Assembly (NCBI RefSeq): GCF_001447785.1 | Contig: NW_015169788.1 | Coordinates: forward strand, 1 to 63,748 | Direction of reading: 5' to 3' | Source of the DNA: Gekko japonicus | Lineage: Eukaryota | Length of the DNA: 63,748 bases | In this document: positions 1 through 11,200 of the stretch, piece by piece | Position numbering within the stretch: the first letter of the stretch is position 1 | Layout of the letters: each line of letters opens with the position of its first letter | The notes under the pieces: generated by a model | What the model was told of the DNA's origin: nothing | Databases searched by the model: none | Seen by the model: the letters and a program-made list of their open reading frames with translations, nothing else | Program-made: the position numbers and the translations under genes

Positions 1-166
1 ATAATTCTGAGTGAGGGATTTTTAGAATCTTGAAATAAGCCATACAACTTTATTATTTAGGCAACAAAACCTAGAATGGAAAACAGAAGAAAAAGAAGGT
101 ACTTAAGAAGTGACAATGTAAGGCAGCATTCAGGTATCCTTCCTCAGTGCTCCCTAGTATACTTAC

Positions 167-3100
167 CGTGAAAAAAGAGGTACCACAAAAGCGGGCACAT
201 ATTCCTCGCACAAAGCCCTCATGTGCTTGTAATGTACGGATGCATTCACGCTTCATCAAGTTCCAAATTTTAACCTGTTAAAACAGCAACATTTTCTCAA
301 CTAGTATCAATTCAGTAATAATACTGCTTTTGTAGCAAAACACTAAGCTTCAGTTAAGGTTAAAGGATTCATTCCATCTGCACCATCTGATCTGGGACTT
401 GAGACCCATACGTGGGCTCAAAAGCTTACACAATGTTTTCTGTCAATTTAGTTGGTCCTATGAAAGGTATTGGAGAGAAGGCAGCATGGTACAGCCCAAT
501 CTCATCAGATCTCAGAAGCTAAGCAGGATCAGCCCTGGTTAGTACTTGGATGGGAGACCTCCAAGGAAGATGACAGAGGAAGGCAATGGCAAACCACCTC
601 TGCTTCTCATTTGCCTTGAAAGCCCCTTGCTGGGGTCTCCATAAGTCAGCTGTGACTTGATGGCACTTTACTCTCACACAATGAAAGGTATTACATGGAT
701 TTCATTCTTGGTTTTTGATTTTGCATGGGCCAACATGGCTGTATAACTTTTCCCCCCTAAGGAAACCAGCCTTAAGTGAATTTTGGTGACCTGGGTTCCA
801 AAGGAGGGCCTTTTCTGCTACTCCCCCCAGCTTATGGCATGCGTTTCCCCAGGAGTTGACAGTGATGACAACCCTGAAGGCTTGTCAAACTAGTTTAAAG
901 ACCTACCTGTTCCAGAGGGCCTTTGATATAGACAACAGGATTTATACAACAAGATTACGATGGTTGGGGCTACTCAATAATGGGGGCTTCTATTGTTTAT
1001 TGCTTTATGCCCTCCCCACCAAGGTAGGCTCAGGGTGGCTGAAACCATGCCCGATTTATTTTTAAATTCTGTTCTGCAGGGCATGGTTTCCTGTCCTGAA
1101 AAACACAAAATGCTCTACAGGGGTGTCGAACGCACTGGAAATGTGTTATTTAAAGTTTTAAAGAAATCTTTAATTGTGTTTGTCTGTGTCCTTTATAAAG
1201 TTTATATCTCCGCTACCCGGCATTACCTTTTATGACACACATGGCCCGGCCCAACAAGGTCTCATTGATGTCAGATCCAGCCCTCATAACAAATGAGTTC
1301 GACACCCCTGCCCCTACCTCTCACAACAGCAGTACAGGTAAGATTAGAATATCAACAGCCAATCCATATGCAAAAGAACCTCCTCAGGAAACTCTTCTAT
1401 TAGCATGTCACAGCCGGGGAAACCTCCTACAAGATAATGACTCAGTCCTACCCCACCTCCCTGAGTAGATATACATTACTTGCCTACCATTTTTCTTCTC
1501 ACATTGACACAGAGTACTCCATCTTTCTGTGTTATACCTCTGAGGATGCCAGTCACAGGTACTAGTGAAACGTCAGGTACTACAATCCCAAGACCACAGC
1601 CATACAGCCCAGAAAATCTACAACAGCTAATGAACTCCAGCAATGAAAGCCTTCGACAACATATTAAATTAATATTACTTCAACATTTCTGCCATTTCAT
1701 TGCTGCTACATCTAGCAAATCTCGCCTCCAATACAGTAAGCAACTGTTGCAGAAAACTAGAAGATTACACCAGGTAAATAACTTGGCAAACCAGGCAATG
1801 AAAACTGAACATTTGCAGGAAGAGTATTTAGTGGCAAGAGTTCAAATGGCAAAGTTTTATTTGGCCATTTAATGTTTTAAAGAGTAAATAAAACCGTTTT
1901 TGTTCTCTTTTGCATATCCTTTGCTCTAACACTTTAGAGTAACATTTCAGCATGCAGTTATAGGAACACATTTGACTGAAATACAAGGAATTTTTGATTC
2001 CTTAACTGAAATAACACAACATCCATAGAACAAATAAGACAGACGCCTTTCCACAGATTTAAAACTGTCTGAAAATTATTCTTACCTCTCCATCACATGC
2101 ACCAGACAAAACTGTAGACAAGCTCTGTGGGTGCTTAGCCATGCAGTTAACACCATCCCTGTGACCATCTAATGATGCAATAAAAGGCTTCGCAAACACA
2201 CGGTCCAACTTTGTGGCATTTAGAGCCCTCGTGTATTCCCTTGGAACTTCAAATGGATGCAGTGCAGGATCATAATTTCGTGGAACTAAGATAAATATAT
2301 AAACATGAATACGTTTAAGTAAGAAGCTATTACCTTAAAGATTTTTCTTTTTTATATACTGTTAGTAGTCACATCATCACTATCTGGGAGAACAAAACTG
2401 TTCTTCTTACTTAAAGTCAGCCTTATTAGCTTTGAATTGGAAAGTAAAAAATAACCATATTCTGTTCACACAGCAGAGTTTGGAGACAACATCAGAAGAC
2501 CATGGTTGTTATACTACATTCATTGGTCTTCTAGGACAACTGTCTGGCCACTGTGTGATACAACACACCAGACTAGGGACTCTCAAGGAAGCGATGGTCC
2601 GCCCTCTCCTAAAAAAAAATCTCTGGATCCGACCAAATTGGCAAACTATTGGCTGGTTTCCAATTTGCCCTATTTGGGCAAATTAATTGAGAGGGCAGTG
2701 ACGATACAGTTGCAGAGCTTTATGGATGACACTTCCATGCTTGATCCCTTCCAGTCCGGCTTCTGCCCAGGCCATGGGATGGAGACAGCACTGGTCGCCC
2801 TCACAGACGACCTCCGGAAGCATCTGGATCAGAGTGGGACAGCGGTGCTGCTGCTGTTGGACCTGTCAGCAGCGTTCGACATGGTCGACCATCAGCTACT
2901 GGCCCACCACCTCACCAACATGGGGATTCAGGGGCTTGCCTTACAATGGCTCGTCTCCTTTCTCCAAGGTCGGGGACAAAGGGTGGCTCTGGGGAGCAGC
3001 TGTCCCAAAGGCACCTGCTGATCTGTGGAGTGCCTCAAGGGGCGGTGCTGTCTCCAATGCTATTCAACATCTACATGCGTGCCCTTGCCCAGAGGCATGG

Positions 3101-4844
3101 GCTTGGGTGTCACCAACATGCAGATGGCACCCAGCTATATCTGTTGTTGGGCAGTTAGTCCGACTCTACCCCAGAAGACCTGGACTGGGCGTTACAGGAT
3201 GTGGCTGGATGGCTTAGACTGAGCTGATTGAAACTGAATCCGACGAAGACGGAGGTCCTGTGCCTGAGTCAGAGCGGATCGGGGGTAGGGATCCCATTAC
3301 CAGCCTTCGATGGGGCACCGTTGGTGCCAGCGCCGAGGGTCAGGAGTTTGGGAGTGCTCCTGGATGCCTCTTTAACAATGGAGGCCCAGGTAGCGGCCAC
3401 TCTTTTACCATCTTCGGCTGATTAGGCAGTTGGTTCCCTTCCTCAAACGCAATTATCTGGCAGCAGTGATCCATGGTATGGTCACCTCAAGGTTAGACTG
3501 CTGCAATGCTCTCTACATGTGGCTGCCCTTGGCGCAACTCCGGAAGCTGCAGCTGGTGCAAAATGCAGCGGCCAGGCTGTTGATGGGTCTCCCTATACGA
3601 GAGCACATCCAGCCTGTGCTGAACGTATTGCACTGGATGCCAATAGCATACTGGATTCGGTTCAAGGTGCTGGTTTTGACTTTTAAAGCCCTTTATGGAC
3701 AGGGACCTGCCTACCTAAGGGACTGCCTTTCCCCACAAGTTCCCCAGAGAGCACTACGGTCAGGGTCACAAAATTGTCTGCCCACCCTGGTCCACAGGAC
3801 GCCAGGATGGTATCGACTAGGACTAGGGCCTTTTCTGCAGCTGCTCCTGCTTACTGGAATGAGCTTCCGGGTGAGATCAGGGCCCTGGGGGACTTTGTTC
3901 AATTTCACAGGGCCACAAAAATGGAGCTCTTCCATCAGGCATATGGGTATGGAGCCACATCTTACCATCTATGTCCTGTCCCAGTCTTATTCCCAGCCTG
4001 AGCCCGCCAATAGTGGAGGTACTGCTTATCTTATTATAGTCACATCGTCATCGCTATGTTAAGGGTTTTAATAATGTACTGTGTATTTTATACTAATATT
4101 TATATTAATTTATATTATTGTTTTATCTATGGTTCTCTTGTAAGCTGCCTTGAGCCTGCCCCGGTGGGGAGGGTGGGGTAAAAATCTAATAAATAAATAA
4201 ACAAACAGGATTATGGGTTTGATCATGCAGGGCTCTTCTTATGTCATCCTCAAGTAGGTCTCCTTCCCTTCCACTTTAACTGCCATGCAACTGCTCAGGA
4301 AAGGCTCAATCGTATCTGCTTTGCTTGCAGCAGGTCCCAGCCAGGTCCAGTTCCCTAGGATCTCCAGACAAAAGGAACTGGTCATTGGTAGGTGATGCAA
4401 AATTCCCCTACCTGAGACCATGGAAAGCCTCTACTACTCAGAGTAGGGAATATCGACCTTGCTAGATCAATGAACTAATTTAAGTGCTACACGAACACGC
4501 CAGCATTCCATCACCGCTACGGTACTTTCATTACGCAATCAGGAGCAATTATTATACAGCTTTATCCTAGAACGCTTCATGGAGGGGGTCGCCACGAGTC
4601 CCCTCGACAGCACGTTCTTCTTTATGGACAGAGAGAAATATAGCTTCACGCGTTATTATACAGCTTTATCCTAGAACGCTCCATGGAGGGGGTCGCCACG
4701 AGTCAGTAGCGACTCGACAGCACGTTCTTCCTTATGGACAGAGAGAAATATAGCTTCACGCAGCGGCATCTCACCACGTTGGAGGTCCTGCTTGGTCTCG
4801 CGGACGTAGTCATCCGGGTTCCGGCTCAACACCTTCACCTTCAT
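167..4844 (-). CDS. DCAF13: DDB1- and CUL4-associated factor 13 (WD40/Sof1), exons 1-3 only; gene continues beyond window start
   Basis: Exons 4844-4775 (ATG, MKVKVLSRNPDDYVRETKQDLQR), 2285-2086 (200 nt, ends ...SGACDGE) and 274-167 (VKIWNLMKRECIRTLQAHEGFVRGICARFCGTSFFT). All GT-AG with consistent phases; matches recalled DCAF13 N-terminus; head-to-head with SLC25A32 as in other vertebrates. Confidence 0.96.
472..680 (+). mobile_element. 5S rRNA-derived SINE (5S-Sauria-like)
   Basis: 5S-like head (cccaatctcatcagatctcagaagctaagcagg...ttagtacttggatgggagacc) plus RTE/Sauria-type tail; 12-bp target-site duplication atgaaaggtatt at 460-471 and 681-692. Confidence 0.8.
1118..1310. mobile_element. 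Non-autonomous hAT-like DNA transposon
   Basis: Terminal inverted repeats caggggtgtcgaac ... gttcgacacccctg; TSD not clear. Confidence 0.65.
1530..1665 (+). mobile_element. Penelope-like element terminal repeat (pLTR) remnant containing a minimal hammerhead motif
   Basis: tacct-CTGAGGA-tgccagtcacaggtactagt-GAAA-cgtc-aggta followed by ...agaccacagccatacagcccagaaaa...gaaagccttcgacaac, typical of squamate Penelope ends. Confidence 0.65.
2570..4205 (+). mobile_element. 5'-truncated, decayed L2-clade LINE (RT region plus 3' tail) in DCAF13 intron 1
   Basis: Frameshifted RT peptides LKEAMVRPLLKK, SNLPYLGKLIERAV, LLLLDLSAAFDMVDH, GVPQGAVLSPMLFNIY, LKLNPTKTE, LQLVQNAAARLL; ends in an (AATA)n tail. 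Confidence 0.9.
4551..4761. repeat. ~100-bp tandem duplication adjacent to the DCAF13 exon 1 donor
   Basis: Two near-identical copies of tatacagctttatcctagaacgct...ggtcgccacgagtc...gagagaaatatagcttcacgc. Confidence 0.85.
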
Positions 4845-5225
4845 CCTCCACGAGGAAAAGGGCCGCCGTTCAGCTTATCAACTACCCCCTCCGCTAAATT
4901 GCATAGAGCTGAAAGACCCAAGCAAGTCTCAGAAATAACTTCCGGGTGAATATAGCCAATGCAGGTGAAGAACAGATGGAAGGAAACCGGCGTCTCTACA
5001 GTCACGTGAGCAAATAGTTTTACTTTCCTAATCCCACCCATTAGAAAGCCGGGTAGGCAATACTGTGTTCTGATTGGTAGAGCTGTCCATCAGTTTCCGG
5101 TAGATGCAGCCTGTGAGGGGAAAGGGGTCAAAGAATAACGTCACTAATTTCTCCCATGTGATTGGCTACGGTCTGCGCAAAGGGTCTTTTTCGGGAAAAG
5201 CTCTCCTTCGCGTGTTCTGTTTTCG
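4845..5225. promoter_or_regulatory. Bidirectional DCAF13/SLC25A32 promoter
   Basis: 381 bp between divergent ATGs (4844 and 5226), CpG-enriched; CCAAT/ATTGG boxes (~4956, ~5073, ~5161), ETS-type ttccgg motifs (~4940, ~5095), E-box gtcacgtga (~5001). Confidence 0.8.
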
Positions 5226-8200
5226 ATGACTGTCACTGCCGCCGTCCCGGGGGCTCCGGCATGTACAGTGGCGGGGGCTGCGCCTGCTCCCACGTCGGCG
5301 TCGCCTGCTGCACGGTCCCTCTTCAGGCACGTGCATTTCGAGAACTTGGTGGCCGGGCTGAGCGGAGGCGTAATCTCCACGCTGGTGCTGCATCCGCTGG
5401 ATCTGGTGAAGATCCGCTTCGCAGGTTAGAACCTCCTGCCCTTTCCCCCTCTCCCTCAGCAGCAACGGCTGCAGAGGCGACGTCATCCCTCACCCCCAAA
5501 CTGCTATCGCCACAGTGCCACGTGCCAGTTCTAGCCCCCCCCCTCCTCCCCTCGAGCTTTCCCCACGGGCACCAACTGTCAAATTCCATCCCTACCCCAG
5601 GGATGCTTAGTCGGAAGTAGGCTGATCCTCTGCAAAGCGAGGTGCTCACGCCAAGGCACTTTGGCTGCATTCAACTCTGACTTTAAACAGTTCTCCAGTG
5701 TTTCTCTCGAGATCCTGTTTTCCCACTGGCAAGGTCATCTGCGTGCAAAGTATATGCTAAGACTGGGCTGTGGTCTTCTGGATAAGGATAGCTCAAGAAA
5801 CAGGCTCTCCTGAAGTCATTTCCGAGCTGTGTTTTGGGAGTCTGTAGTGCTTGACATGGGAGAGAACATCCCCGATTGCCACTCACCCACTGTTGCCACT
5901 CAGTAGCCATCATATCAATCGCACGTACAGTCGGCAATGTACCTGACACTAGAGAAAGGGGCAAAGACCATCCTGGCACTGCAAGCCAGAACTGTTATGA
6001 CTCACTGACATAGGCATGTAGAAATGTACCACAGCCAGAACAGCTACAGACATATGAGGACATTTTATAACACTGCAGTCAAGAAGAAGAGATTGGATTT
6101 CTACCCTGCCCTTCACTACCCAAAGGTGTCTCATAGCGGTTTACAAACTCCTTTCCCTCCCCACAACAGACACCCTGTGAGGTAGGTGGGGCTGAGAGAG
6201 CTCTTGACAGAAACGCAAACCCGGTTCTCCCAGATTAGAGTCCACTACACCAAACTGGCTCTCTGCAGATTATTCCAAGTATATGCTTAACATTTATATA
6301 ACTCTTCCAGTGTTCAAAGCACTTTGTGTGCATTGTCTTGTTGCATTGCTTGCAGCAGTTCTACACAATACCAGTGTTGTATATTTGGGATACAGAGAAA
6401 AGCCTGAGTAACTTGTTGATTTCACGTCAGAGGTAACATTTGCTTCAGGGATCTCATTATTTTAGCCACTTTTATCGGCTAAATTCACTATTCCATAGGA
6501 ACAAATATAGTGTTAATGTTGGCTTAAAGTTTCATTAACTTTACAGTTCTCACCTGGAAAAGATCTACTTGCTTACTTGTGTTTATATATGTTGTTATTG
6601 ATTCATTCTGGAATATACTTTCTTCAGATTTCTCTCCAATTGCTTTATCTAGTGAGTGATGGCTTAGAACTCAGGCCAAAATACAATGGAATCCTTCACT
6701 GCTTGTCAACCGTCTGGAAACATGAAGGATTGCGTGGTCTGTACCAAGGGGTAACACCAAACATGTGGGGAGCAGGTGCCTCTTGGGGCCTGTACTTTTT
6801 CTTGTAAGTTGAACTGTTAAAATACTTCCCAATGTTCTGTTCAAATATGTGATTGTAATGCATCTTTATCATTATACATAAACATAGACATACTTTATTA
6901 TAGTCTGCTTTGATTGCAAAGGCTGCGGGTGCATGAATATGTCACCCTGTATAACTGTGGTCCTTTTAATCCAAATGTTCCTGATGTCCCTTACAATGCT
7001 TTCTGTATTTAGTATTAATCACAGACCTAGAAAAATCCAAGATAAGCAAAAAGTTTTTCATGTGATCTAAGCAAGTGGGCTGGATTCAGTGATCTGTCAG
7101 CAGAAGGTGCTGATGGTCACAGATCTTTCTTGCATTCCCTCCCCCCAAGCAGTCCTTTGTGACCCAGGAAGAATTTATTCCTGGGATTGCAAGACCTGTG
7201 TGAACTAATAACCATGGAGGTCAGGAGGCTGCAAGGGTGGAGGGGACAGGGGACAAATTGTCCTTTCCACCTGTGTAGGACAAGGGAAAAATGAATGTAA
7301 TTTCTGAACGTGAGTTCTGACATTTCCTCTGATGTGTTTATATGCTGACAGCTGACACTGTGCCTTTATAAGAGTTTAATAATAGTATATTCAGATTTTG
7401 GTATTTAGCCCAGATGGAAGAAATCTATAGTAGAACATATGTATTTTATAATTGTATTTTTCTGTATAAAAAGTTATAAGCAAAAATATTATTCAAAACC
7501 TTTGTAGATGGAATGCGTAAGTTACAAGGACGCCAACAGCAAAGGTTATAAAATAAGTGTTCCAAAAACAATTAGTTCTTTTGTTGGATAGAGAATCTGG
7601 TACCAGGAAACCTGCCAAGAACTAAGCTTAATGTGAATCACAGCCCTTATCAGCTAGCTCTCCAAAAGGAGAGGAGGGAGGCTAGCCTTGCTCAGGCCAT
7701 AGAGAGTCCCAGTGTTCTCTAATGTTTCCCATTGTTCTGAAGACCAGATAAGCAAATGCAATCACTGACATGCATGACCAGTATCAGGAAAGACCAATAG
7801 GGTTTAGAGTCAAATGATGCTTCCATGATGTTAACTGCTTGATACCAATTAGAGATTCTTGAATGTGTAAATCATATGTGATGTCACTTGGGGTATAAGA
7901 CTCTCTGCCCTTCTTGGTTAAGGCAAGATACAGCTTGATGTCGCTGGGGGCCTAAAGGTACTCAGCCCTGTATCTCCTGTTTCAGTTACAATAAACAAAT
8001 ATTCATCTAACTCATTGGACTTCGACTGTGTGATTCCAATCCGGCCACAGGGTCACATGGGGCACAGATTTGTGCATCACCTGTCAGTTGAGCTCTGCTC
8101 ATGGAAGAGACAGAAGGGAGTAATTTCAACCTGTTCTTCTTGCCCACTGCAGCTTCTCAACCCATATGGCTGTTTGTCCTTAGGGGTCCCACACCCTGTC

Positions 8201-11200
8201 AATAAACTTTCTTGGGGCTAAAAAGGACTTCTGAGATGAGGGATGATTGGGAAAGACTGCAGTGAGTCAGGCTTGGGTTGGTTTTTGATCTTGGAGGTTA
8301 GTTGATCCAGGCTTATTTCAAGTTTTTCTAGATAGACCCAAAGTAAATCAGAATAAGGATTGCTGCTGCAATATCTAGAATATCTTGTTCAGGCCCTCTA
8401 GCTGTGTTATACTGTTGTTTTTAGCAACCACTGTTCTGCATAAATTATTTTAAGCTATCAAGGTTCAAAGTACCTCAATACTTAAGACTGCAGTTCAGTT
8501 AATAGGATTAGAGAAGCAGTGAGCAATCCCAGTGTGGTTCCGAATTTAACCTGCACTGAATAAGTAAAACTTTTATAAATGATTCAACTTGGTATAAAAG
8601 CTGGGTGTCTGCCATGAACTTTACCTGGTTAAGTCCAGAGCATACACAAAGATAATCTATGGATAGAAGCTTTTACTTGTCTTTCTGTTGCTTGCCAGAC
8701 CTTGCTCCAGGTTACTGTTCACCAGATAGCAATTAAAGCTTATTAGAGTCCCCCTCTGGGGGGGGGAGGTTACTAAAATAGATAACTCTCTGTGTATGGA
8801 GAGCCACAAAGTATATAAATGTGGCTTATAGTTGATAATATGGAATACTGTTGTGTTGTTGGTGCTTTTTTTTTACCATACAGCTATGGCTAGTTCCTAA
8901 GTTTTCACTAAATACCACTTCAACATGAACTGCTTAAATAATATTGCAGTCTGTTAATTGATACCTTTTCTTCCCTGATCTGTTCATAGAATCCCTCTGA
9001 TTTATGTTTTCTTATAGCTGAGCAATGTACAAGGGGATAGATAATTACTCTGTGGGGAATAGCTTAATCTTTAAAAGTAGTTGTACATTTTTAAACTATA
9101 AAGAGCAAAGAGGTCCTTTGTGTAAATATTTTTTTCTCTCCACACACACACACACTATGGATAGGGTCTAAAGAACCACACAGCTAGTGTGTCTCTATCC
9201 CAATGCCACTTATCAAACCACCTGTGGAACCTGGGAGAAACTTCTGTGAAATGTTACAGACCTGCTGTTTGAATGAAATCCTTCTAGGCATGTAACTGAA
9301 CTTGGGTGCACCTACAATAGTTCTTTGACATCCAGCCTGTATGTTTTATATTCACATAGATTTCTGATGCACGTACCGTATATATGTTTCTAGATAACTG
9401 GCAGATCCAGAGCTTCCCTGCATTCTCTGTCTTCTAGTAGCTCAATACTGAAGATTGCAAGGCCCACATGGACACATGTTGGGGGACTGAGTGAGGAGGG
9501 GAAATTGGGTAAGATTGCCCCCTCTTCTGCTCACAGATCTTCCCAGGCTTGGCTGGGAGAAGAGGGATGGGGCAATTTTGATAGGTTCTCTCTCCCACCT
9601 CCCACCCCCGATTCAAATGACTTTTTGTCCATGTAGGACCTGTGATATCCACCATCAGTTTTCAGAAGTCAAAAAGGAGTGCCACAGAAAATGGAACTTT
9701 AGTAGAATACAGCCCAGTGTGGCTCTTGTGTTTGTAAAATAATCAATTATCTGTATTTCACTCCTCAGCTATAATGCCATTAAAGCTTACAAGACAGAAG
9801 ATAGGCAAGAAAGCCTTGGAGCAAGTGAACACCTAGTATCAGCTGCTGAGGCTGGTGAGGAAACTGTGAACAAGATACTGTCTGCTATTTTTTGTCCATG
9901 TTTATACATTTTTGTTGCTGACTTGAGCTCAAATGCTCATGTTTGATTCAGCAAAACTATCTGATCACTGAAAAATGCTAGGCCTTTCGGATACGTAGAA
10001 TATTCACAATATAACCCGAAGCAATAAATCCTAAACAGAATTGCAGCCTCCTAAATGCATTGTCTTACAGTGCATTCCTAAGAAGACTTTCCTGGGAGTA
10101 AGCCCCACTGAGTAACCTTCAGTAGGATTCTGAGTAGACTTCTTTAGGATTACACTTTAAGTGTCCTTAGAAGGATGTGACTCTGTTTAGGACTGCACTT
10201 AGTACGTAGAAAATCCCTGAACTTGCAGTGGGTTTGCTTCCCTTGAGCTGTACCAGATTCTTATCCATTCTGTTTGGGTTCAGTAGAAAGATGCTCAAAG
10301 AGAGATTCTTAATCTTTGTCATACTTTATTCTAAGTATGACATGTTTGCCAACTGAATACAGGTATTTATTTTTCTGCAATTCTGAATACTCTTGGTATT
10401 TGGCATTTGCTCTTTGTCAGATAAAATTGTTGATTGATCTAAACTATTTAGAACACCTGGTTGGCAGGATTGCAAGACATTCCTTTTCTATGCAAAGAGC
10501 CATGTTAGGAGTTCCATGTGCCCCAGGAACTTTAGACTTGAGTTTCTGTCACAGCAGAGTGGCATGCCTCATAGTATCTCTTTAAACTGAGGGTCCTCTC
10601 AGAAGCATTTTGTGGTATCACATGGTCAGCAGCAGCTGTTAACCAAAAAAGTTTTTTAAAAATGCCACTGTGCATTCCCAAGCTAGTCCTAAATAGAGTT
10701 AAACACTTTTAAGTCCATTGGAGTCTGCTCTTTGGATCATGGGGATCCGGATGGCTGGCGACCAAGTCCAAGCAGGCTCTTGATTTCTTCTCCTTCGGAG
10801 CGACGCTGCTTTTTCGGGCGCAGCTTCCGGCGAATGTCCCATATGCTATGGTACCATATCTCCATTTGAAAACAAGCCTATGGTTGCATGTTCCATGTGT
10901 GTGCACTTTCTCTCTCTCTCTCTCATGCTGCTTCCTTCTCCATTTTCCTTTTAGTATTAACCCTAGTTTATTGTGATTTCCAAATCAGCAGGTTGGCCTT
11001 TGTCCACTAAACTAGAAATAGAAACTGAGCAGTGGGGTTTCTTATTTAGGTTTGGTCATGTTGATGTACAAATCTGTGCCCTGTGTGCTCCCGGGGCCGG
11101 ATAAGAAACACACGGAGTCCAGGGAGAGGATAAATATATGCAATAATCAGGAAAATACAGGACTGAATACCTTGGCACCCAGTTAACACCAAGCTGTATT

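Noticed and set aside
495-560. Possible 5S rRNA gene
   Set aside because: Partial, diverged, followed by a retroposon tail and flanked by a TSD: a SINE, not an rRNA gene.
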